From: an uncultured Planctomycetaceae bacterium
GTDB taxonomy: Bacteria > Planctomycetota > Planctomycetia > Planctomycetales > Planctomycetaceae
Length of the DNA: 64,000 nucleotides
Assembly: GCA_963815195.1 (NCBI GenBank)
Contig: CAWFGE010000018.1
Location: 32,001-96,000, forward strand
Direction of reading: 5' to 3'
The first letter of the stretch is position 1. Each line of letters begins with the position of its first letter. Below the pieces are notes generated by a model. The model saw only the letters and a program-made list of their open reading frames with translations, had not been told where the DNA came from and made no database searches. Shown piece by piece: positions 20,918-32,634 of the stretch. The position numbers were made by a program, and so were the translations under genes.

Positions 20918-22563
20918 ATCGGGTTTCGCGACGCCATCTGAAAACCCGCCGGCCCGAGCCTCTGGGCTTTACGCTGGTCGAGATGCTGGTCGCCACCGCG
21001 CTGGTGGTGGTGATGATGCTCCTGTTCGCGCAGGTGTTCCAGACGGCGAGCGGGCTGATCTCGAACCAGAAAGGCATGGCGGAGCTCGATCAGAACGTCC
21101 GCACGATGACCACGCTGCTCCGCGGCGACATCGGCCAGCGGACGTTCCGCGACATCGTCCCGTTTCCGTCCGGGCCCGGGGTCGACACCAACACGCATCC
21201 CGAGCTTATGCCTCTCCGCCGGGGATTTTTCTACATCGCCGAGAACGACTTCGACAACCCCGCCGACGATGTGCTGCACTTGACGATCAAAGTCGACGAA
21301 GGCGAAGTCCACCAGGGGGCGGCGCAATTGCCGTTCTCCGGCAAAGCGGTTCTGCTCAGACGGCCTCAGAACGCGACGCCGCCCGGCCCGCTGAATTCCG
21401 CCATCGACACCCTCGTCGAACGGAACAACTACCTTTACGGCACCAATACCCAGCCTTCGAGCCTCAACCAGCCCGAGTTCGACGATGGGCAGCTTACGAT
21501 CAACGGCACGGGGAGTTCGCGGTATGCGGAGGTCTGCTGGTTCTTGCGGAACGGCACGCTGTACCGCCGGATGATGTTGATCCGCGAACCCTACGTCACC
21601 AATCCGGGCGGCACCGAGCAACCCGAAGACGCGAACAAGAACCGCATGATCGCCGCCGATGCGACCTTCTTAGGGAGTTATACCGCGGCGAATCTCCCGC
21701 CGATCCCCGACAGCAACGGAAGCTATTGGCAAGATGCGGTCGGCCGATTCTGGTACGACTTTGATTATTCGGCCTTTCACGACCCCGTCGCGTTTGGCGG
21801 GAACGGACTGACATTTCACACCGTGACGGATGCCTTGGACAATTCCACCTCGTCGAAGAGCCTGGGCGCGTTTCCGGGCATTCCGCCGAGCTTGGGCATT
21901 CCCTGCCTGCGGTTTGGCAATTCGATCCGCCGGGCCAAGCCCACGAACAACGCCGCCGTCCCGCCGCGGGAGTTTCTCGTGGGGACGAGTCCCGGCAATT
22001 ACAACCCCGCGACCTTCATCGGCCGGTTCACGCTCCAGGAAACCGCCCATTCGAACTTCACCTATCCGAGCATCGATCCCGGCGCGACGGGCGGGCCGTT
22101 CCAAGATAGCACCGTGCTGACGCTGGGGGCGAACGGGCTCGTTTCTCAGTATTCCAACCAAGCCGGCCGGCGGGGGGAAGACATTGTGATGACCAATGTG
22201 CATTCCTTCGACATCCAAGTCTGGGACGATGGGCTTTCCATACCGGCTTGGGTGAACCTGGGCAACAACAGCGGTGCCGGATATTACAGCGCCAGCGCGA
22301 ATAAGAACCGCGCCACGTACGGCAACCGCTACGACACGTGGAACCCGAACCTGGACTTCAATCTGTCGGGCAATCCACCGTATCGGCCGGTTCCGGTAAA
22401 TCCGGTGGATGTTAACGGAGACGGTACGATTACGAACGCCGATCTGGACTTCGGTTCTGTGAACGAAGTTCCCCTCAAGGCAATTCGGATTCACATTCGG
22501 TTTTACGACCAGGGCAGCGATCAGATGCGGGATATGACGTTTACGTTTCCGCTCGCGGACTGA
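20914..22563 (+). CDS. PilW/GspJ-like minor pilin
   Basis: G|FTLVEMLVA, LLRGD, GTLYRR, NVHSFDIQVWD, LKAIRIHIRFYD. Confidence 0.85.
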   Translation: MNRVSRRHLKTRRPEPLGFTLVEMLVATALVVVMMLLFAQVFQTASGLISNQKGMAELDQNVRTMTTLLRGDIGQRTFRDIVPFPSGPGVDTNTHPELMPLRRGFFYIAENDFDNPADDVLHLTIKVDEGEVHQGAAQLPFSGKAVLLRRPQNATPPGPLNSAIDTLVERNNYLYGTNTQPSSLNQPEFDDGQLTINGTGSSRYAEVCWFLRNGTLYRRMMLIREPYVTNPGGTEQPEDANKNRMIAADATFLGSYTAANLPPIPDSNGSYWQDAVGRFWYDFDYSAFHDPVAFGGNGLTFHTVTDALDNSTSSKSLGAFPGIPPSLGIPCLRFGNSIRRAKPTNNAAVPPREFLVGTSPGNYNPATFIGRFTLQETAHSNFTYPSIDPGATGGPFQDSTVLTLGANGLVSQYSNQAGRRGEDIVMTNVHSFDIQVWDDGLSIPAWVNLGNNSGAGYYSASANKNRATYGNRYDTWNPNLDFNLSGNPPYRPVPVNPVDVNGDGTITNADLDFGSVNEVPLKAIRIHIRFYDQGSDQMRDMTFTFPLAD

Positions 22564-22701
22564 TTTGAAGCAAGAGGGCGGTTGATATTTCCGCCGGTTT
22601 GCGTTTGCTCGGATAAACACACAAACAACAAACAAAAAATTTCCTTTTTCCTGTGCCGGGTCGGGCCACGGCCAAAGGCAACGAAGCAGGAGCAACTCAC
22701 C

Positions 22702-25700
22702 ATGAAACGTTTTTGTTGGAACCCGCTCGCCAGGCAGACCGCGTCCGGGCCGAGGCCCAAGCACCGCGGGCGGCACGACCGCAACGGCTCGACGATTGTG
22801 GTGGTGATCGCGCTCCTGTTGGCCCTCACGTTTTTGGGGATCGTGGGTTACACCATCGGCACCCAGGAGCAGGGCAACGCCGAGTATTTCTCCGACGCCT
22901 CCCAAGCGTCGGACTTCGGCAAGTTCGGACCCGATCCCGAGGTGCTGTTCAACTGGGGCCTCCGGCAGTTCCTCACGGGCACCCGGCAGGAAGAGCGGCA
23001 AAGCGTGTTTCACGGCGGGCACTTGTCGCTCTTGGCCACGATGTACGGCCGGGACCTTGCGCCGTTTTCCGGCGAAGGCGTGCATCTGTGGACGACGCCC
23101 ACGAATGGGATCGTGGTCGATCAAAGCCATAACAACAACGGCAACTCGTCGGGGAACCCGGCGCTCATCAACATCAACCGCTCGCCCGCCGCCCAAGGGG
23201 CCGGGGGCGTCGCGCTCGATCAGTCCAACTATCCCGCCCCCGACGTGGGCTACAACTATTGGGACGTCAACAGCCCCTATCTCGCCCACGTCAACAATCC
23301 CGACCCGGCCCATTCCGCCGAATGGCGGGTGGTGGGCAACGTGGGCCAGACCGCGCCGGTCAACCTGCCTTCGTTCCACCGGCCGCAGTATCTCCGCTCC
23401 ACCGGCGTCTCGCCCGATCAGTGGTACATCGATCCGAGCACGCAGACGCGGACACTCCGGCCGCACGTCGAGCACCGCGTCGTTGCGCCCAACGGCGTGG
23501 TCACGAACATTCGCCGCTTCGTGAGCCCTCAATACCCGCAGCCCGGGACTGAACCCGTTCCCGTTCAACGCCAACACCGGCCCGCAATTGAACACCGACA
23601 ACAACCCTCTGAACGACGGCGTCTGGGACGGGGTCTGGGCGGACCCGATGAGCGTGCAGAACGTCAGCTACGATGCCGACCCCGACGGCGACGGCTTCAA
23701 CGAAGCCATCTGGCTCGATTTGGGCTTCCCGGTGCAAATCCGCGAGAACCCCGACGGCACGGTCACCAAGTTCGTGCCCATGTTCGCCATGACGATCACA
23801 GACGCCGACGCCCTGTTGAACCTCAACGCCCACGGCAACGTGTACGGCGTGACGGCGTTCAACAACGCCTTCGGGACGTTCGGCCCGCTCGGACCGGGAC
23901 CGGACGGCCAATACGGCACGCCGGACGACGACCTGCGGTACGCGTCGCAGTCGAACCAGGGCGTGGCCGCTTCCGAAGTCAACCCGCAATGGGGGATGAC
24001 GGCGAACACCGGCGAAGGTCCCACGGCTCAGCACCAGAGGTTCTATGGGAATGCTCCGCAGAGTACCATCGAACTGGCCAACATGGAGTGGTGGTGGCTC
24101 ACGGCGGGCCGGGCCGACTTGGACGCGACGAACAACATCCAAAACCTCTACGAAGGTCGGTTTGGCGAAGTCGATCAGTTGAACGCTTCCATCGGGTCGG
24201 CCAATCCCTTCCAATTTCCCTCGGCCGGAAGTTCCTTCGGATTGTACCCCAGCCCGGGCAACTTCAACGTGTCGAATCCGAATCATCTGCTGACGGACGA
24301 CAACCTCACGGCCCAAACGGGCGGGACCTACAACGGGCTGGGGATTCTCTTCCCGGCCGCGTTGACGTTCCCCAGTTGGCAGCAGCCCTTGGACCTGCAC
24401 GGCAGCGGCCGCTTCACCGCGACCATGAACCGCAACAACCCCAGCCAGGCGGTTCTCTTGGGAAAGAAACGCCTGACCAGCAACGCCGGCCAGCACATCT
24501 GGCCCGCGTATGGGAATTATCAAGACACCCACGAAGTCGGGTTGTACGCGAACGCGAGCACGCGGTTTCTGCTGCCGAACTACACGCTCCGCTACGATGT
24601 GGACGAACCGGAAGAAACGATTCTCGAGCCGGAGTATGCCCGCAGCGATTACGATTCGATTTACGGGGCCGGCGAATTCGCGACGCTGCATCTCGCGCAG
24701 CCCGATCAGGACATCCTGGGGCTGAGCGGCCGGTTGCGGGACCTGGCTCCGCTCAACTTCGACGGGGCCAACGTGACCCAGACGGAAGAACGCCGCCGCC
24801 GCTTCACCCCGGCCAGTTGGGACCTCAAAGCCTTCGGGATGACGAGTTACAACACCGGGTTCGCTCCCAATGCGGCCCGGACTTGGGAGTTCCCGACAAA
24901 TGGAACTTTCCCGCCCGCGTCCGCCCTCGGATTGTTTCGTGGCCCCGTGCAACAATTGCTAAGGGGCGAAGCGCCTACGAATCCGAATAACTTACATAAC
25001 CTGAACATGCGGAAGCTGAGCATCAATCATCTTTGCGACTTCGATTATCCCGCCTCGGCCCAGCCGAACGTGATCTTCCGCCCGCTCACCCCGCATCCGG
25101 CCGGATTGGGGCCTGCCCCGGTCAACAACCAGACCGGCATGACGATCAATTCCCGGCCCATCAATATCAGCACGCCCTACGATCAGGAATGGTTCGCCCG
25201 CCGGGATCGGCAGCAACTCGCCCGGGACATTTACACGCTCCTGTATCTCTTCGGCGGCGGCAACGATGCCATGAATTATGCGAACACGCCGAATCCCTAC
25301 AGCACGGCTCCGGATCTCAACGGCGACAACATCCCGGACATCCTCAAAGACATGGCCCAGTTCGCCGTCAACGCCGTGGACCGCATGGATCAGGACAACG
25401 TGGTGACGATGTTCGAATTCGACATCAACCTCGCCAACGGTTGGAACCTGGACGATGATCCCTACACGAACTCCACCACCAGCCCGACGCCCGGCTATCC
25501 CTCGACCGATGCCCCGAACGCCGGGATAGCCAGCGGACAGCGGGGCGTGGTTTACGGCGTGGAAGAGCAGGAAATGGCGCTCAACGAAGCGCAAATCATC
25601 TTTGCCAAGCGGGTGCTCGAAGCCGGCAATCCCAAAAACCACGACGCTACGGAATGGGACGACTCGCAAAACCGCGATTTCACCTACATCGAATTGGAAA

Positions 25701-27718
25701 ACACCTCGCGGCAGAACGTCAACTTCAACAACGAAAGCTGGCAGATCGTCGTCCGCCCGCCCGCGACCGCCACGACGAACAGCGGCTCGGCGATCACGGG
25801 CGAAGAACGCCGATTGACCTTCACGGCGAATCATCCCGGCATTCCCTGGGGTGTGAACGCGAACTACCTCGTGGGCACCGCGGGCGACAACCAGAACATG
25901 GGCAGCCCGCCCGGGATGTCGGTGGTGGAAAGCGAATTCCGCGTCAACCGGAACTATAAGACCGGGATCTCGGATCCGATGGACCCCGAATACGACTCGA
26001 ACCCGCAGGCGTCCACCACGGTTCGCCACCAGCGAATCTCGCCCCGCGACGGGATCGACATGGACCTGATTCTGACGAACCAAAGCTTCTACCGCATCAA
26101 TCAGCCGGGCGGGGCCAACAACTACGGCGAAGGCCCAAAGATCACGTCGACGCCCGCCGGCAGCGACTTGTTCCATCTGAACGAGCCCCCGAATGGGGAC
26201 GATCTTTCCGAGTTGGACGACCGCGCGCAGACGCTCAACGTGGAGATCGAACTCCGCCGCCGGTTGAATCCCTTAAGGCAGCCGGTGACGACCTACACCT
26301 CGAACGCGATGACCCACGAGCAGGAAACGCGGGACAACCCGTGGATCATCGTGGACAAGGTCACCGTGCCGCTGGACGTGTTCACGCTGAACTCGACGGA
26401 TCAATACATGAAAATCCGCGCCCAATTGGACACGATGCGGACCATCGAACGCCAAGAGCCGTTGATCCGCCAGAACAGCACCGGCCTCGTATCTAAGACG
26501 CCGATCCCGTTCATCCAGACGATTCCCTCACCACTGACCGGGCATTGGGTTAACAACAGCCTGGGCTATCCGAACATCCTCGGGAAGCCGGCTTACATTC
26601 CGCCGGGGGCGACTTATCAACAGTTTACGCAGTACCAGCCGCTGTTCAACCGGGAATACGGCTCGGCGATGGAGCTGCTTTCCCTGCCTCTCTATGGGCC
26701 GGACGACACCACGCAGTACCTGGCCCAAAGCGAATACGGACCGGGCGGCATCGGACCGGCGGCGCGGCCGGTGATCGCGGCGAATCTGTTTACTAATCCC
26801 CAGTTCCCCAACACCGGCCAAGTGGAAACCGGGAACCGCTGGTATCGGTTGTTCGAGTTTGTGGAAGTGCCGGACCGCTCGCATCGGCATCCGGAATTGA
26901 ACGCGGCCGGGAACCTGATCCGCGAGCCGTTCGTCCAGAGCGTGGGGAATCGGTTCACCAATCCCGAACGCTTCTACCGCCGGCCGGGGCGGATCAATTT
27001 GAACACGCTCCGCCATGCCGAAGTCCTGGGCGGCCTGCTCGACGATCCGGAAGTCGTGCAACTGAACCTCGGGAACCCCAACCAGTTTCTCCCGGACCAG
27101 AGCGCGGGCACCGGCAGCGGATCGGCCCGCGACTGGTGGGTGCAGTTTGTACAGGCCCGCGATGGGGTCGATCCGGTCTCGGGCATGATCCTGCCGGGAC
27201 TTCCCGCGTCTTCGAATCCCCAATTTGGATCCCGGCCGTTCCTCCCGTTCAGCTATTCCGCCGACGGCGTGACCAGCGTCCAAAACACGATCTTCCGCAC
27301 GCTGCCCTTGGACAACGGCCAGCCCAATCCCCGCACGCTGTTCGAGCTGGGCAACCAAACCCAACAGGTGGACCACTCGGTGAAGTACCGCATGCTGGAA
27401 AAGGTGGCGAACAACTCGACCATCCGCAGCAACGTGTTCATCATGTTCATCCAGGTGGACTTCTTCCAGGCGGTGGAAGTCCTGGATCCGAACACGGGGT
27501 TCAACGTGGCCCGCGTGGGGGCGAAGCTCACGGACTCTCCGGGCTATCGGGGCTTCTACGTGATCGACCGCTCCAAGGCGAGAAACGTGATGTCCTCGCA
27601 GGATTTCCAATACCAGAGTTTCACCGACCCGGTGGACGGGAACAACAAAACCAACTTCAGTTTCGATCCCAACTTCGATTTCAACTCGCTGATCCTGCAT
27701 CGGCAGACGATCAACTGA
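22702..27718 (+). CDS. Giant PilX/GspK-like protein, ~1670 aa (frameshift near 23540)
   Basis: RNG|STIVVVIALLLAL leader lacks E5, typical of PilX/GspK. Continues in ORF 23588..27718 with D..ALLNLN, GRINLNT and TIRSNVF motifs. Confidence 0.8.
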
Positions 27719-28055
27719 CCGGGGGAACCCTGAAAAAAATCCCCAAAACTGGCGTGCAAATTGCGAATTTTTGTTAAGATGAAAGGAGAGAACCTTGAAA
27801 TATGCCGCTCACTTTTAGAACATGAAATCCCCATCCTAAGAGAAATTCAACCGACGTGGGTGGTCCAGCCCGGACCGCCTTCCCCAAGTCGCAATCAAAT
27901 CCAGGGCCAGCGTTGAAGGGCGATTGCGGACGTCACCTGTTTTCCCAGGGCCGTTGTTTCGTCTCCCGTGTTGAGAGCGAAACAGTTCCACCTTCGAACC
28001 AACACGAAAGACGCATCGAACTCACCCCGCATTTCCTAGCTGAACGAGGATCATC

Positions 28056-29089
28056 ATGAAGGCTTGTCGCAAATCCATTCGTCCCCAACGCCAATCCTCC
28101 CGCCGGGGATTCACGCTGATCGAACTCTTGGTGGTGATTTCGATCATCGCCGTCATCATGTCGCTGATTCTGCCGAGCATCCAGGCGGCCCGCGAAAACG
28201 CCCGCCGGCTGCAATGCATGAACAACATGAAAAATATGGGGATCGCCTTCGAGGGCTTCGCCACCAGCCACGACGGGCAATTCCCGTTTATGAATGACGC
28301 CGTGACCACTCCCCCGGTCAGTGCCACAAATACGACGCAATTGGCGACCGGTTGGCCCGTGCAGATCTTGAATGCCCTGGATGAAACGGCCTTAGACCGG
28401 CAAACCAACACCAATGCCCAAAACGGAGTGAATCCGCCGGTCCCCTTGGTCCAGCTACCCGTTTACCAATGCCCGGACGACCAGAACAACTTCTCGGTAC
28501 CGGGCGGCTTGAGCTATCAGGTCAACGGCGGGCTGTTCAGCAGCAACAGCGCCGCGCGCCGGGCAATCCCGCGGCCGCGTCCACGGCGATTGGCGCCGCA
28601 TCCCCTTCCGCCGCGCTCGGGTATAAACTCGGCGTAATGTTTCAACGAATTAGTGCGGGCAAAAATTTAGTTACATTGGACCGTCTCCACAATGGCGACG
28701 GCGTGGGCGCGACGATTCTTATGGCGGAAAACTCTGGGAATACTCCTGCCCGGTTGTTTAACTCGACCTCTGCTTCGCAACTTGCATTTGGCGTGGACGT
28801 CACACAAGTCACGCCGTCATTCTCGGGCGGCAACTTGAGCAATGTCAGTACGATCAGCACCCTGGGGGCGTCCAAACCCAACGTCAACAGTGTCTCGGGC
28901 ACGGCGATTACAACAGCTCAGCAGAGCAATCGCCCGTCATCGAATCACCCGGACCTGATCGTCGTCGTCATGTGCGACGGCACGGCGCGCACGGTCAATG
29001 AGTCCATTAATTCCTCGGTTTGGGTCCGGTTGCTGACCTCCGACGGTGGTCGGCTGGGTGAAGGCATTCTCGACAAGGGCAGCTTCTAA
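28056..29089 (+). CDS. DUF1559 family prepilin protein with H-X9-DG motif (frameshift near 28560)
   Basis: [16 protein letters not shown]...[17 protein letters not shown]...YQCPDD; C-terminal [14 protein letters not shown]. Confidence 0.9.
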
Positions 29090-29116
29090 GAGTTTGATCG
29101 CGGTCTTTCGTGAACA

Positions 29117-29160
29117 AAAACCCCCGGCTTGCGGTTTCGCAACGCCGGGGGTTTGGTTTT
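29117..29160. terminator. Hairpin between convergent genes (possible bidirectional terminator or REP)
   Basis: aaaaacccccggc ttgcggtttcgcaac gccgggggtttggtttt. Confidence 0.55.
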
Positions 29161-29289
29161 GCGCGGAAACAGTCGAGCGAATTATTCGAAAGCGATGAGC
29201 ATGGCACCCATCAAAAAAGATCAATCCACTTTCGTTTCGGTTTAATAACTCCCTCGCTTGCGCTGCGGGCGAATCCGGCGAATCCTTGC

Positions 29290-32046
29290 TTAGGATTTGG
29301 CCAGGTCGCGGAGGACTTTGTGCAGGATGCCGCCGTTTCTGTAGTATTCGATCTCGATGGGGGTGTCGATGCGGCACTTCGTGGTGAAGCGGGTTTCGCT
29401 GCCGTCGGCTTTGGTGGCGGTGACTTCGACCGCCTGGCCGGGCTTCAAGTCGTCGGAAAGGGCGATGTCGAAGGTTTCGGTGCCGTCGAGTTCCAGCACC
29501 TCGCGGTTCTCGCCTTCGCGGAACTGCAGCGGCAACACGCCCATGCCCACCAGGTTCGAGCGGTGGATGCGTTCGTAAGACGCCGCGAGCACGGCTTTGA
29601 TCCCCAGGAGATAAGTGCCCTTGGCGGCCCAATCGCGCGAGGAGCCGGTGCCATATTCGGCCCCCGCCAAAACGACCAGCGGCGTGCCGGCCTGTTGGTA
29701 TTTCATCGCGGCATCGTAGATCGAAGTCTGCTCGCTGGTGGGAAGATATTGCGTCACGCTGCCTTCGGTGCCGGGGCAGAGCTGGTTCTTGAGGCGGATG
29801 TTGGCGAAAGTGCCGCGGGTCATCACGCGGTCGTTGCCCCGCCGGCTGCCGTAACTGTTGAAGTCCACCGGCTCGACGCCCCGCTCCTGGAGATATTTCC
29901 CGGCCGGCGAATCGGGCTTGATCGCTCCCGCGGGGCTGATGTGGTCCGTGGTCACCGAATCCCCCACCATCACCAACACGCGGGCCTCCGAGATGGACGA
30001 AATCGGCTGAGGCTCCGCCGGCATGTCGACGAAGAACGGCGGCTCTTGCACGTAGGTGCTCGATTCCTGCCAGTCGTAGAGGTCGCCCGTGCTGCTTTGG
30101 ATGCTCTGCCATTCCGGCGGGCCCTCGGTGGCTTTGGAGTATTCCGTGTGGAACATCTCCGGCGACATCGAGGAGGCGACCGTCTCGGCGATTTCCTTCT
30201 GTGACGGCCAGATGTCGGACAGGTACACGTCGTTCCCGGCGGCGTCCTGGCCCAGCGGCTCGTGCGTCAGGTCGATGTCCGTGGTGCCCGCGAGCGCATA
30301 GGCGACGACCAAGGGCGGGCTGGCGAGATAGTTCGCTTTGACCTGCTGGTTGATCCGGCCTTCAAAGTTCCGGTTCCCCGAGAGCACCGCCGAGACGACG
30401 AGATCGTGCTCGGCGACGGCTTGGGAGACGGGATCGGGCAAGGGGCCGCTGTTGCCGATGCAGGTCGTGCAGCCGTAGCCGACGGTTTGAAACCCCAGCG
30501 CGTCGAGCGACTTGTCGAGCCCCGACCGCTTGAGGTAATCGGTGACAACCCGGCTGCCGGGGGCCAGGCTGGATTTGACCCAGGGCTTCCGCTTTAGGCC
30601 TTTGGCGACGGCATTCCGCGCGACGAGACCCGCACCGATCATCACGGAAGGATTGCTGGTGTTCGTGCAGCTGGTGATGGCCGCGATCACGACCGCCCCG
30701 TGCTTGAGCAAGCCTTGTTCGCCGTCGATTTCGATCGGCACGCCTTCCAAGCCGGGGTCATCGGCCACAGCAACGGTTTCGCCGTTGGGCAACCCGCCCT
30801 CGGCCGTCATCGACTCCGTGGTGGAATCTTTCGCGGGCGTGCTCTTGCCGAACAGGTTCCTGAGGTCCTGCTCCCATTGGCTCTTCATGGCGGAGAGCAC
30901 GATCCGGTCCTGCGGGCGTTTGGGGCCGGCCATTGAAGGCTCGACGGTGGACATGTCCAATCCCAAGCGGCTCGAGAACCGCGGCTCGGGAGAATCGGCC
31001 GTGCGGAACAGCCCCTGCTCTTTGTAATACCGCTCGACCAGATCGACCTGCTCGGGCTTGCGTCCGGTCTTGCGGAGGTAGGTCAGCGTTTCCTCATCGA
31101 CGGGGAAGAAGCCCATCGTCGCCCCGTATTCGGGAGCCATGTTCGCGAGCGTCGCCCGGTCGGCAAGGGTCATGTGACCGAGGCCGGGGCCGAAGAATTC
31201 CACGAACTTCCCGACGACGCCGTGGGCCCGGAGCATTTGCGTCACGGTGAGGACGAGGTCCGTCGCGGTCGCGCCTTCGGGCAGTTCGCCGGTGAGTTTG
31301 AAGCCCACGACTTCGGGCGTGAGCATGTAAATCGGCTGGCCGAGCATCACCGCCTCGGCTTCGATCCCGCCCACGCCCCAGCCGACCACGCCGAGGCCGT
31401 TGATCATCGTGGTATGGCTGTCGGTGCCGACGAGGCTGTCGGGATACGCGACGCCGTCGGTCGTGAGCACGACCTGGGCGAGGTATTCGAGGTTTACCTG
31501 GTGCACGATCCCCGTCGCCGGCGGCACGACGCGGAAGTTGTCGAACGCCTGCTGCCCCCACCGCAGGAATTGATACCGCTCCTGGTTCCGCTCGAATTCT
31601 TTTTGCACGTTGAACCCGAGGGCTTCGAGCGAAGCGAATTGATCGACCTGCACCGAGTGGTCGATCACCAGGTCGCAGGGGACGAGGGGATTGATCTTTT
31701 TGGGATCGCCGCCCATCCGCACCATCGCGCTTCTGAGCGCCGCGAGGTCGACCACCGCGGGGACGCCGGTGAAATCCTGCAAAACGACCCGGCCCGGCTT
31801 GAAGGGCACTTCGACTTGTTTTGGAGCCTTGGCGTTCCACTCGGCGAGGTTGACGACGTCTTCCTCGTTCACCACAAACCCGTCCACGTTCCGCAGGCAG
31901 GCTTCCAAGAGCACGCGGATGGAATAAGGCAGCGTGGGAATGTCGCCGACGTTCTGATCGATCAGGGACTTCAGCCGGTAAATCGTCACGTCGCCTTGGG
32001 AGGTGGACAGAGTTCCTTGGGCACCAAAGGGGTTGGAGGAAGACAT
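29290..32046 (-). CDS. acnA: Aconitate hydratase A
   Basis: [77 protein letters not shown]. Confidence 0.98.
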   Translation of the reverse strand: MSSSNPFGAQGTLSTSQGDVTIYRLKSLIDQNVGDIPTLPYSIRVLLEACLRNVDGFVVNEEDVVNLAEWNAKAPKQVEVPFKPGRVVLQDFTGVPAVVDLAALRSAMVRMGGDPKKINPLVPCDLVIDHSVQVDQFASLEALGFNVQKEFERNQERYQFLRWGQQAFDNFRVVPPATGIVHQVNLEYLAQVVLTTDGVAYPDSLVGTDSHTTMINGLGVVGWGVGGIEAEAVMLGQPIYMLTPEVVGFKLTGELPEGATATDLVLTVTQMLRAHGVVGKFVEFFGPGLGHMTLADRATLANMAPEYGATMGFFPVDEETLTYLRKTGRKPEQVDLVERYYKEQGLFRTADSPEPRFSSRLGLDMSTVEPSMAGPKRPQDRIVLSAMKSQWEQDLRNLFGKSTPAKDSTTESMTAEGGLPNGETVAVADDPGLEGVPIEIDGEQGLLKHGAVVIAAITSCTNTSNPSVMIGAGLVARNAVAKGLKRKPWVKSSLAPGSRVVTDYLKRSGLDKSLDALGFQTVGYGCTTCIGNSGPLPDPVSQAVAEHDLVVSAVLSGNRNFEGRINQQVKANYLASPPLVVAYALAGTTDIDLTHEPLGQDAAGNDVYLSDIWPSQKEIAETVASSMSPEMFHTEYSKATEGPPEWQSIQSSTGDLYDWQESSTYVQEPPFFVDMPAEPQPISSISEARVLVMVGDSVTTDHISPAGAIKPDSPAGKYLQERGVEPVDFNSYGSRRGNDRVMTRGTFANIRLKNQLCPGTEGSVTQYLPTSEQTSIYDAAMKYQQAGTPLVVLAGAEYGTGSSRDWAAKGTYLLGIKAVLAASYERIHRSNLVGMGVLPLQFREGENREVLELDGTETFDIALSDDLKPGQAVEVTATKADGSETRFTTKCRIDTPIEIEYYRNGGILHKVLRDLAKS

Positions 32047-32224
32047 AAGGCGACCTTTTTCCAGAAATTGCCGGGGCGAACCACAAAACGCTGCTTCAGT
32101 GCGCATGCTAGCAATTGACCGTTTTGATGAGAAGCGCCCCGCCCGGGGAACTCCGCTTTCGCTCCTGGATCGGATTCGCGTCTTGGCATATCATGGGACC
32201 CTTCCCCACGAAGGCAGGCAGGCA

Positions 32225-32570
32225 ACCACGAAGACACGAAGAGCGTCACAGCAATCTTCAAGCTGTAAGAGGATGAACCACGAAACACACGAAAAGAAGT
32301 CGAGAGGCTTCGGTTTGGGTGAGGCAGTTCCTGTGGTCGCAATCGGTAGGTCAAACAGTTTTGAACCGCGGATCACGCGGATTTTCGCGGATAAAGGCCT
32401 AAGCGGCCACTACGCTTCTCGCGGGGAAATGGGAATGCATGAAGCAAAAGATTTCCTTGGATTGCTCCGCGAAATCCGCTGTGCTCGAGTGCTCTCAGTC
32501 CTGCAGCGGGAGGCGAGAAGATTTCAATAAATCCTGCGATTTTTCGTGTCATTCGTGTGTTTCGTGGTTA
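32225..32570. repeat. Cluster of AACCACGAA(A)CACACGAA-type repeats with an inverted partner
   Basis: aaccacgaagacacgaa (~32225), aaccacgaaacacacgaaa (~32276) and reverse ttcgtgtcattcgtgtgtttcgtggtt (~32543-32569). The same unit occurs at 63097-63124. Confidence 0.75.
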
Positions 32571-32634
32571 AAAGCCTTTACAGTTTGACTTGAATCGTTG
32601 TTTTGGATTTCATTATTTCGAAAGCGGTGGCTCG

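Noticed and set aside
32225..32570. Short repeats as a CRISPR array
   Set aside because: Irregular spacing, inverted orientation, no constant repeat with unique spacers, and no cas genes.
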